Both the position numbers and the translations under genes were made by a program. Below are positions 54,134 through 64,000 of a DNA stretch of 64,000 nt, one piece after another. The notes below the pieces were generated by a model, which saw only the letters and a program-made list of their open reading frames with translations, was not told the origin of the DNA and did not search any database. Positions within the stretch are counted from its first letter, which is position 1. Each line of letters begins with the position of its first letter. This DNA is from Octopus vulgaris (Eukaryota): the NCBI GenBank assembly GCA_951406725.2, contig OX597839.1, positions 22,382,001 to 22,446,000 of the forward strand. Direction: 5' to 3'.

Positions 54134-54329
54134 CAGCAATTTTGGGGGTGAGGGTAAGTCAATTACATTGACGCCGGTCTCAACTGGTACTTATTTTATC
54201 GACCCTAACAGGGTGAAAGGAAGAGTAAACCTTAGTGAAGTTTGAACTCAGAATATGAAGGCAGATGAAATACTGCCAAGCATTTTGTTTGGCATGCTTA
54301 ATGATTCTGCCATCTTATAATAATAATAA

Positions 54330-54632
54330 TAATATAATAATAATTGTGTACAGTGCTCAGGTGCACTACAACTCATCTAAAGTGTATATATAATCAGGTG
54401 TAGTTTCGGCGGATTTCGGAAAGCATGAGGGCCTTAAAGGATGCAGTGTCATGGCAGTCAACAACTGACGCAGGCAGTTTGTTCCATGCTTCAGCAACTC
54501 TGAGCGTGAAAAATGTTTCCGAAAGTCATGGGAGCTGTGTTGTTTTCTGACTTTGTAGGCATGTCCACGTGTGTTAGACACATGGAGATCAAAAAGGTGT
54601 TCAGTGTTGTTGTTGGTGAGGTGGTTGATAAG
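54330..54632 (-). mobile_element. CR1-clade LINE 3' end with (ATT)n tail
   Basis: TRGHAYKVRKQ...RKHF..RV...WN.L C-terminal motif; related tails at 8335-8380 and 59700-59865. Confidence 0.8.
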
Positions 54633-54796
54633 TGAGCCACATACGAAAAGAATGTCCCTGACAGAGATTTCCAGCCAGTGGTTTTGACCAACCTGAAGCT
54701 AGGGCAAACCCTCTTCCAGGGACCAAGTTCTAAGAGCACATATTTGCCACAATTGCTATGGCAGAGCAGTGTCAATGAGTAACTGAAATAACTTAC

Positions 54797-54868
54797 CTTG
54801 TTGAAGATAGCTGGTTGTGACAACGAAGGGCCAAAAGACGGCACATTATCACGAGCAGTCACTGCAAC
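54797..54868 (-). CDS. RAP1GAP: Rap1GAP-like exon (VAVTARDNVPSFGPSLSQPAIFNK)
   Basis: caacAG / GTAAGT, 72 nt; V.VTAR..VP.FGP motif. Confidence 0.95.
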
Positions 54869-54997
54869 CTGTTGACAAAGACAACCATCGTTATTAGGAT
54901 TAATGGTAGTGAGGAGGAGGAGAAAACTGAAGAAGGTAATTAGTAGAATTCGTAGCCATTAACACATTTTCTCAATACATGCTATGTTGTATTTTGA

Positions 54998-55680
54998 CCA
55001 TTTTGATACCAACCCGGCTGAAACCGGTTCTGGCTCTGAGTACAAATGTCTTGTTCTGAATTAAAATCTTCCACCAAACTTAATCACAATTTATGTTCCT
55101 AACACTAGCTGAATGATAACGAAGTTATTTTACTAAATTCTTTGTTATATATAAAATTAATTGAAAGAAATACAGAGCATCTCAGCAGAAATATGGTAAC
55201 AAATGTCTTGCTTTCATAAGTTTGGAATTAAAATCTTCCACCAAACCTTAGTCACAATTTATGTTCCTAACACTAGCTTAATGATAACGAAGTTATTTTA
55301 CTAAATTCTTTGTTATATTTAAAATAATTAAAAGAAACACAGAGCATCTCAAAATAAATACAGTAACAAAAGGGCTAAAGACAGTCAGTCAAATGTGTCT
55401 TCAATTTGCACAAGATTTGGCTGCTATTTCTAACAAGTGAAACAAAATCTGCAAATTAACCCTTTTGATACCAACCCGGTTGAAACTGCCTCTGGCTCAG
55501 TAGTAGAAATGTCTTGTTTTCAAATGTTCTGAATTAAAATCTTCCACCAAATCTTAGTTATCGTTAAGGTAGTGTTAGGAAAATAAATGATAATTAAGTT
55601 ATTTTACTAAATTCTTTCTTATATTTAAAGTAATTGAAAGAAACACAGAGCCTCTCAAAATAAATACGGTAACGAAAGGG
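54998..55680. mobile_element. Cluster of piggyBac MITEs (internally duplicated copy 54998-55375; copy 55460-55680)
   Basis: identity to 51776-51995; TTAA CCC...GGG TTAA ends on the second copy. Confidence 0.82.
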
Positions 55681-55774
55681 TTAATCAAAGATTATCTTAT
55701 CCATAAGATTATGTGAGGAGATAGTTTGGAGTCTGTATTTTTGTGCTGCGATATTAAAAAAAAAACTACTTTTT

Positions 55775-56395
55775 TCAGTTATTAGACTGTGGCCATGCTG
55801 GGGCAATGTCTTGAAGAATTTTTAGTTGAATGAATCAACCCCGGTACTATTTTACCTTTTAAGCGTGTTACTACTTCCATCAGTCTCTTTTGCCGAACTG
55901 CTAAGTTACAAAGACACAAACACACCAACACCAGCTGTCAGGTGGTGAGGGACAAACACAGACACAAAGAAAACACACACATACATACACGACAGGCTTC
56001 TTTCAGTTTCCATCAGTCAAATCCACTCACAAGGCTCTGCTTGGCCTAAGGCTATAATATATTTCTTTACTACCCACAAGGGGCTAAACACAGAGGGGAC
56101 AAGCAAGGACAGACAAACGGATTAAGTCGATTACATCAACCCCAGTGCGTCACTGGTACTTAATTTATCGACCCCGAAAGGATGAAAGGCAAAGTCGACC
56201 TCGGCGGAATTTGAACTCAGAACGTAGCGGCAGACGAAATACGGATACGCATTTCGCCCGGCGTGCTAACGGTTCTGCCAGCTCGCCGCCTAAGGCTATA
56301 ATAGAAGACTCATACCCAAGGTGTCACGCAGCAAGACTGAGCCCAGAACCACATGGTTTGGAAACAAGCTTCTTACCACAGCCACACCTGCACTT
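55775..56395 (-). mobile_element. Family A SINE interrupted by a full-length family B SINE (56060-56287)
   Basis: 16 bp TSD gcctaaggctataata at 56044-56059 and 56288-56303. Confidence 0.87.
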
Positions 56396-56496
56396 CTGTA
56401 GGTAACCGCATTCGAATATCACGACCCTTTCGTTTTGTCTATGAAACCATCAACTCCCTAAACGTGGAGCACGTGGTATTTGAATATAAATCTCAC

Positions 56497-56652
56497 CTTA
56501 TATTTAACGTCATCTGTGTTTGGGTTGATCGGTTGAATGACGATATAAGCATGGATGAATTGCGATGCAATGGCACCAGGCACAAATGGAGTGTTTGACT
56601 CTTGAAAGATTATTGCTACAATGTCATTGCCGATGTGTCGTTTCCTCTGTAA
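56497..56652 (-). CDS. RAP1GAP: Rap1GAP-like catalytic exon ([52 protein letters not shown])
   Basis: ttcAG / GTGAGA, 156 nt; KRHIGND contains the catalytic asparagine thumb. Confidence 0.97.
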
Positions 56653-57120
56653 CTGAAAAGAGAAGAAGAGAACAGAGCAATAATTAACGGACATGTAACG
56701 ATGGAGTTGGAGAGGGAAGAGAACAGAGCAATAATTAACAGACATGTAACGATGGAGCTGGAGAGGGAAGAGAATTGTACAATCAACAGATACGATACAG
56801 AATTGGCCAAAAGTCATCTGACAGTAAATCAAAACCATTTCATTCCAAAATTTATTTATGTTTAACAACTGAATGGATTTAATAAAAAGCATCCAAATAT
56901 GAAACATCATGAAAATTTATTATTATTTTTTGCCCACAAAAGAGGGGACAAACAAGGACAGACAAAGGGATTAAGTAACTAGTACTTATTTAATTGACCC
57001 CGAAAGGATGAAAGGCAAAGTGAACCTTAGTGGAATTTGAACTCAGAATGTAACGGCAGACAACATACCACTAAGCATTTTGCCTGGAGTGCTTACGTTT
57101 CTGTCAGCTCACCACCTTAA

Positions 57121-57341
57121 CCCTTTAGTGTTCACATTATTCTGCCAAAATTAATGCTTTTTTATCCACATTGTTTTGAACTAATCAGGTATTATCTTGT
57201 GGCTATGAGACTTTGATGAGGTAGCTGTTAATTTTTAAAACGATATTGTAGGGTTGGTGAGAGAGACCAGATCTGGCCAGTTTGACCATAAAACAGGCAG
57301 AATACTTTTGGCCGGATATGGCCGGTTTAAATGCTAAAGGG
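57121..57341. mobile_element. Second TTAA-targeting (piggyBac-type) MITE family
   Basis: TTAA CCCTTTAG...CTAAAGGG TTAA; relatives at ~42772-42946, ~57551-57860 and ~59256-59477. Confidence 0.8.
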
Positions 57342-58575
57342 TTAAAACATCATGGAAATTGTTCAAGCTGAAGTCCTTCTTCAGCAAAAACATTTTTTTC
57401 ATTCAAGTCGATACAGAATTACAGATAGTATTTATAGACTTTTGGCTTACTGTCGGGTGACTTTTGGCCAGCCCTGTATTTATCCAAAGTAAAACACTGG
57501 AAAATAAAGGGGGAAAAAAAACCCCCAAGTGTTTTTGGTATCAGCTCAACTCTTTAGCATTGAGATTATATTCTGTCAAATATATTGCTTATTTATTCAT
57601 CATCATCATCATCATCATTTAGCGTCCGCTTTCCATGCTAGCATGGGTTGGACGGTTCAACTGGGGTCTGTGAAGCTGGAAGGCTTCGTCAGGCCCAGTC
57701 AGATCTGGCAGTGTTTCTACGGCTGGATGCCCTTCCTAACGCCATGTGGTTTTCAATTAATCATACAATATCCTTGTGGTTTTGAGATTTCAATGATTGT
57801 TTAGGTGTAAGAGGTCAGATCTGGGCAGTTAGAGCATAAAAGAGGTAGAATATTATGGCAAGGTGAAATGAAGAGTTTTGCTCAAGAAGACAAAGCACTG
57901 CCCAATCAGGGAAATCAAACCCACAATCTAGCAGAGTGCAACAGCATAATCAGTAGGCCATGGTCCCTTTATATATACTACATATGTATGTATATATATC
58001 TGTGTGTATATATCATCATCAACATCATTGTTGTTTAACGTCCACTTTCCATGCAGGCATGGGTTGGACGATTTTGACCGATGCTGGCAAACCAGATGTC
58101 AGCACCAGGCTCCAATCTGATCTGGCAGTGTTTCTACAGCTGGATGCCCTTCCTCACACCAACCACTCTGAGAGTGTAGTGGGTGCTTTTTACGTGCCAC
58201 TGGGATGGGGACCAGTCAGGTGGCACTGGCAATGACCATGCTCGAATGGTGGTTTTCACATGCCACCAGCACAGGACCAGTCAGCCACCACTGCCCCCCC
58301 ACCTCCACCTCATATATATACATATATATGTATACATATGTGTATGTATATATATATGTGTACATATGTGTATGTATATATATATATATGAATACATATG
58401 TGTATGTATATATATATGTGTACATATGTGTATGTATATATATATGTGTATGTATATATATATATGTATACATATGTGTATGTATATATATATGTGTATG
58501 TATATGATTTTATTTCTTTGAAGGGATATCTAAATTACTACAAGACATGAAAAGCAAAAAGTGTGAAATACGAAC

Positions 58576-58705
58576 CTGTTGTGAATCCCCTTCTGAATAA
58601 GGGAGCAAAGTTGAGACATGAAACATGATCTCATTATCCCTGAAGTTGGTGTAGATTGAATAATCTCCAGTTTGGCCATAACTCGTGTCGAGTCCTCCAC
58701 GAAAA
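58576..58705 (-). CDS. RAP1GAP: Rap1GAP-like exon ([43 protein letters not shown])
   Basis: ttcAG / GTTCGT, 130 nt, phase 2 to 0; FRGGLD and [11 protein letters not shown] hallmark motifs. Confidence 0.97.
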
Positions 58706-59065
58706 CTGAAACAAGAAATATTTGAAAGCATTTTGGAATTGGCTGCGGTAATGTGTGGCTCTGGTGGGGAAAAATCACATTTGTTGTTTTGGTGGGAAAA
58801 AACAGTTATTTTTAGATGGAAAAAAAAAATCTAAAAAATAAAATAGCTTGGACATCGGTTTTTTTTAATCTTTTCCCAGCTTCAGTCATGAGACTGTGGC
58901 CATGCTGAAGCACCACATTGAAGAATGACCACCAGTGATAATGATTTCTTTTCCTAAAGCCTGGTACCGATTCTGTCAGTCTCCTTTGTTGAACTGCTAA
59001 TTACAAATAACATTTGGGAAGAAAATATTTATAAAAATTAACACAAGAAATGGTAAAGTATTTAC

Positions 59066-59166
59066 TGAGGAAAGTCTTTCAGCTTCACTCGATCTCCGAT
59101 AAGTTGTAAGAATTCATCCATAGCAGGTCCATGGTTCCTATTTCCAAACAAGTCTTCTTCTTTTAC
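59066..59166 (-). CDS. RAP1GAP: Rap1GAP-like exon (VKEEDLFGNRNHGPAMDEFLQLIGDRVKLKDFP)
   Basis: ctttAG / GTAAAT, 101 nt, ends phase 2; EE.LFGN...EFL..G..V.L.DF motif. Confidence 0.95.
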
Positions 59167-60196
59167 CTAAAGAATTCAAATAAAAAAAAAAACCCAGTTA
59201 ATCTCCCATTTCTGTAACAACAGTTTATACAAGGGATTATCACAGTATCTCTTTAATCCTTTAGCATTCAGATTATTTTGTCAAATGTAATCCTTATTTC
59301 TTCACATTGTTTTGAATTAATCATGGATTATCTCAAAGCTTTTAGATTTCAATGATGTTATTGTTTATTTTTAGAATGGCATTGTAGGGTAGGTGTGAGA
59401 GGCTGGATCTGGCCAGTTTGAACACAAAACAGAAAGAATATTTGTGCTGATTATGGGGGGTTCAAATGCTGAAGGGTTAATTGATGTGAAATTCCTGTTA
59501 TTTCCAGAAATATATAAAACATTGAATTTCAAAGACTTTCACCCAGAAATAGAGAAACACTTAAGAGACTGAAAGCAATAACTAGAGAAGAAGCACCTTA
59601 ATATATTTAGGGTTTGGATAAGGAAGCTGTTAATACAAAACCTAATGCATCCTTATATCTTTCAAAACTTCCACGCTTCTTGAGATTCGCCAACACTACA
59701 CTTGATTTTCTCTCCTCCATACACACACAAGCATGTATCTGACTCATACACTGTTCACTTCCCAGACATTTCTACATTACTGCATGTACTTTATATGCAC
59801 TTTCTGACAAGTTGTGGTGCACCTGAGCACTGTATACAATAATTTCATTATTATTATTATTATTATAAAATATATTTCATAGAATTTTTACTAAGGAGTT
59901 GGGAAAAAGGATCAAGTTTTCATTTTTTTTTTTTTTACTTCATCTATTTTTTTCAATAAAATGGAATAAAAAAAAAATTTCAGTTTTTAAATTCTAAAAT
60001 GGAATCATCAGAATTTTAAAGAAAGGCCATCTTTGTTACAACAGAAATGTTCAATGCAATACTGTTTGCTACAAGTTGGTCTGTAGTCACTGACCCCCAT
60101 CGAAGGTGAAAGGTGAAAGGTTAAACAAGGCTCAAGAAATTCTTGAAGAAATCTCCAAAGTCTCGATTTCCTCACCTAGAAATCTAGAATTGCAAA

Positions 60197-60483
60197 TCTT
60201 TATAAATAAAAGTGAAGTTGTGTGTCTGTCTCCTACGATTTAGATTCCTAACTACTCCCACATTTTGCGGTGCAGTTTAACCGAAACCGGGTATCTTATA
60301 GTCATAATTCATATCGAGCCCTTCTGGGTATTAGCACGCGTCTACGATTTAAAAAAAATTTACCATAATTTTTCCCCATTTTTAATGCATTTTTTTGCTA
60401 TTATATAAGGGAAGTAACTCTCTAAAAATGCTTATATAGTTATTTCCCTTACAAACCCGAGCAACGCCGGGCGATACTGCTAG
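60197..60483 (+). mobile_element. Non-autonomous Helitron
   Basis: A|TC start, CCCG-N8-CGGG hairpin, CTAG|T end. Confidence 0.8.
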
Positions 60484-60581
60484 TATCCAATAAATTATGC
60501 TTTCTCTTAATTATCTTAGATGGACTGGAACTTGAAAGACAAAAGTGAAGGTGAAACAAAAGTCATAGAAAATGATCTTAC

Positions 60582-60665
60582 CTGGCCAAAACGTTGGTAA
60601 ATGATGCCAAACTTATAAGTAGTACACAAAACATGTTCATCATAATCCATGATTAGGTCAGATGC
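60582..60665 (-). CDS. RAP1GAP: Rap1GAP-like exon (ASDLIMDYDEHVLCTTYKFGIIYQRFGQ)
   Basis: ttacAG / GTAAGA, 84 nt; DEH...KFG.IYQ..GQ is the start of the Rap_GAP domain. Confidence 0.95.
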
Positions 60666-61458
60666 CTGTAAAAGAAGTTCAAATAGAAATTATAATACGT
60701 GTGTCTATGTCTAGCTGACTCTCTGTCCACGTGTCACCATTTCCAACTCCAGACTAAACATTTGGCTAAAAGACTTTCAGACGATAGCAACTTCTCCTTC
60801 CTTATCTTGATTCAATAACCAGATGAACCATTATAAAGCTGGAATCCCCAAGTGATAACAATAGATTTCTCCAAAACTCTTGGGTTATAGGCACAGGCAT
60901 GGCTGTGTGGTAAGAAGTTTGCTTCCCAACCACATGGTTCTGGGTTCGGTCCCACTGTGTGGCACCTTAGGCAAGGGTCTTCTACTACAGCACCAGTCCA
61001 ACCAAAGTTTTGAGAGTGGATTTGCAAGACAGAAATAATAATAATAATATAGCAGAGCAAAGTGAATAGCAGATACTTTTCTTTGGAAAATATTTCTGTT
61101 TGGGGTTTTCAGTAAATGTTGTGTTGTGGACCTCATGCCTCTCTAGTGAATGTTACTGAACATTGTATGTAGAATTTCTTGTAGTATAGCATAATAAAAC
61201 CTCCAGTAAATGCTGTGTTGTGGCTCTCATGCCACCGATTCTCTCTCACTGATCATTTTCCCAGATATTTCAAACAGTTCAAGATTTTGAATTTATTCCC
61301 AATTTAAGTTGTGCACCCTAAGACTGGGAACTGTTGATTCTAAAATCATCCTTTACTCCACTGTATTACCTAAAGTGTGTGTGTGTGTGTGTGTGTGGAA
61401 ATAAGGAGAGAGGAAAGAAAATATTGGTAATTAAAGACGGAAACATATTGAGACTTAC

Positions 61459-61512
61459 CTTGAGTGATAAGGAAGGTGAAAACCTTTCAACATTTATTTC
61501 ATCAAGAAGGGC
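61459..61512 (-). CDS. RAP1GAP: Rap1GAP-like gene, first coding exon visible in window (ALLDEINVERFSPSLSLK); gene continues upstream
   Basis: tttcAG acceptor, GTAAGT donor, 54 nt, phase 0/0; resembles the Rap1GAP segment preceding the catalytic domain (V[D/E]RFxP). Confidence 0.85.
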
Positions 61513-61555
61513 CTGAAATAAACAAACAGATACTAGAGTCATGTAATATATATAT

Positions 61556-61757
61556 AAAGGGAAAGTTTATGAAATAAACAAAAGACGAAGGCAGGTGGAG
61601 TACAAACAAACAAATGTATTAGTATAGCGCTCAGGAATAGAAATAGAACAAGTCTTTTACGTTTCGAGCCTACGCTCTTCAACAGAAAGATACACAGAAA
61701 AAAAACAAGGAGAGAAAAAAATGCGTGTAGGAGCTAACGATCTATCATGGCGTCCTG
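61556..61757 (-). mobile_element. Short element with minimal hammerhead-like motif, flanked by (TA)n
   Basis: see motif at 61653-61690; homologous to 780-935 and 33481-33700. Confidence 0.7.
61653..61690 (-). ncRNA. Putative minimal type I hammerhead ribozyme (A6U core variant)
   Basis: UCUUU-CUGUUGA-A-GAGC-guag-GCUC-GAAA-CG-UA-AAAGA: stem I 5 bp, stem II 4 bp, palindromic stem III stub. Confidence 0.6.
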
Positions 61758-61770
61758 ATATATATGTGTG

Positions 61771-61809
<39 letters not shown>

Positions 61810-62118
61810 CACACACACATACATGAGGGGGTGCTTTGGGTAAAAGAATAGACAAGAGGATCAGTTAATTATGATTTTATTGAACATATTGCCTTCTCAA
61901 ATTCACACGCTTATTGCAGTGGTCCTTTAGTTTTTCAAAGCTCACTGAAAGAACTTGAAAGGCCGGGTCTCCAACCAGGCCTTTTGTGGCACCCTTAAAG
62001 CCCCAAACTTTCTAGCCCCCATCATGTATCTATTTATCTTTCTGTCTGTCTATCAATCTAATATATATATATAAAAATGTTGTTGTTTAACCCCCAAGTC
62101 AGTTCAGCTTCCATAGAC

Positions 62119-62583
62119 CAGGGGTACTCAACCAGAATTCATGACACAGGGATGGGTGTTGTTATCCATGCAAGACTTTGTTATTAAAATTTGTGCAATA
62201 AATTACTTTAATGTTGAAAGATTTAAAAGGTGAAACAATGCAAATAGATTTTAAGATGAGGTAAGGTAAACTCAAATTAAGTTACCTGGTAATCTTTGGT
62301 CGTATATGTATCCAATATTTCAGGTCATACAAGTCCCTTCTTCAGGGTTAAAAAGGAACTGTGCTTGGAAAGATGTTTTTTGTTGTTACCTCATCTTAAA
62401 ATTTATTTGTATTGCTTGGCCTTTTAAATCTTTCAACGCTATATTCCACATAGAATGCTTCAAGCAAACTATAAAATCTTATTAACAGTAATATTTGTTA
62501 AAACTTTGAATGGCTACAGGGGTCCAGCAGAATAAAAGAGGAACCAAAGGAGGTCCTAGGTAAAAAATGGTTGGGAATCCTTG
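62119..62583. mobile_element. hAT MITE with a nested fold-back insert
   Basis: 8 bp TSD ccatagac at 62111-62118 and 62584-62591; TIR caggggtactcaacc / ggttgggaatccttg. Confidence 0.8.
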
Positions 62584-63182
62584 CCATAGACCTATATTGA
62601 AAAGCACTCAAATAATAACCGCCCTATTTCATATATTTTTTTCTTCATATTATTAATTTTTTATTTCAGGAACAGCAGCCAAAATTTTATCTCGATGCCA
62701 TAAACAGATCGATAAATAAATTTAAAAAAATGAAAAGATTCAAAAATAAGTTGAGTTGGAAAATATTTAGGTAAGAGTTATTTCCCCTCGCTACTAAATG
62801 CCTAACTGTTAACGAGAGCGCCTCCTGGTGGTTTCTCAACATAAGAAACATGGCAACCAATTCTTGCTCCTCTAAAAGAAGAACACTGTGGAATGAATAT
62901 CCCCGAAAAGACGAGACGGTTTATGGTCGGAATGGCTTCATCTTGGGGGGGATTAAAAATTCTAGGATTCCAATTTAGACTTCAATTTAAACGGGGGGAA
63001 ACGGAGAGAAGGGCTGCATTTAAAATAAAGAGGAACCACAAAAAAAAATAAAAATAAAAAAGGGCGCTGCAACCCTTAATCACCAGCTAACACACACACA
63101 CATATATATATATAAAGATGAGGTAGCTTTTGTGAAGAATTGTGAGGTGTAATTTAAAGAATGTGGTTGGCATAAAGCTGGA

Positions 63183-63436
63183 ACAATGCAAGAAAGTTTG
63201 AAGCAAAATACAAACGAGAAGACAGAACAACGTTGCAGCTTTATTCTGTATTTCTATATTTTGTGGGGGATGACCCCTTTCTTCAGGACATTCGGAAAAG
63301 TGGTGGCTGGAAAAAACTTGCTGCTCTTCCACCACTAATTTTCTAAATGTCCTGAAGAGAGGGTCTTCATCCTGAAATACAAAATAAAGCTGCAACGTTG
63401 TTCTGTCTTCTTTTCGTTTGTATCTTCTTGCATTGT
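63183..63436. repeat. Long imperfect palindrome (fold-back element)
   Basis: arms ~63183-63291 and ~63345-63436 are reverse complements. Confidence 0.85.
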
Positions 63437-63449
63437 GTGTGTGTGTATA

Positions 63450-63843
63450 TAGTGGCTGTGTGGTAAGTAGCTTGCCTACCAACCACACGGTTCCGGGTTC
63501 AGTCCCACTGTGTGGCACTTTGGGCAAGTGTCTTCTACAATAGCCTTGGGCCAACCAAAGCCTTGTGAGTGGATTTGGTAGACGGAAACTGAAAGAAGCC
63601 TGTCGTATATATGTATATATATATATATGCGTGTTTGTGTGTCTGTGTTTGTCCCCCTAGCATTGCTTGACAACCGATGCTGGTGTGTTTACGTCCCTGT
63701 AACTTAGCGGTTCGGCAAAAAGAGACCGATAAAATAAGTACTAGGCTTATAAAGAATAAGACCTGGGGTCGATTTGATCGACTAAAGGCGGTGCTCCAGT
63801 ATGGCTGCAGTCAAATGACTCAAACAGGTAAAAGAGAAAGAGA
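63450..63843 (+). mobile_element. Family A SINE, near full length
   Basis: identity to the other copies. Confidence 0.88.
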
Positions 63844-64000
63844 ATATATATATATATAGAGAGAGAGAGACTGTGATCCCCAGCTAACATCTCTACAGCC
63901 TGTTGATATGAAACTACATTTTACCAATCCTAGTAAAATTGTCAACTTAGAGGGGACAAAAAGGAGCAAGAAGAGTGAGAATGGTTTTTCACCCTGTAAA

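Overview
Eukaryotic, AT-rich and extremely repeat-rich DNA. The SINE repertoire and microsatellite load suggest a coleoid cephalopod, probably Octopus (inference). The only host gene I can support is a minus-strand Rap1 GTPase-activating protein (Rap1GAP-like). I read 14 coding exons between 61512 and 28518 with GT-AG boundaries and consistent phases. They total 1536 nt (511 aa plus stop), are open at the 5' end, and are followed by a ~1.9 kb 3' UTR ending at a poly(A) signal near 26640. The last intron holds a ~10.4 kb TA/TATG compound microsatellite. Bases 1-26500 are a nested graveyard of mobile elements: CORE-type and other tRNA-derived SINEs, RTE and CR1 LINE pieces, a hAT transposase relic, a Ty3/Gypsy element, piggyBac, Tc1/mariner and Helitron non-autonomous elements. 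The most unusual observations are: (1) a Gypsy element whose second LTR is inverted and whose integrase end is locally inverted; (2) several 30-46 bp templated copies clustered around it; (3) a family of short microsatellite-embedded elements carrying variant minimal hammerhead-ribozyme cores (Penelope/retrozyme-like). Nearly all long ORFs in the supplied track are microsatellite artefacts. All coordinates were counted by hand, and repeat boundaries without a TSD are approximate.
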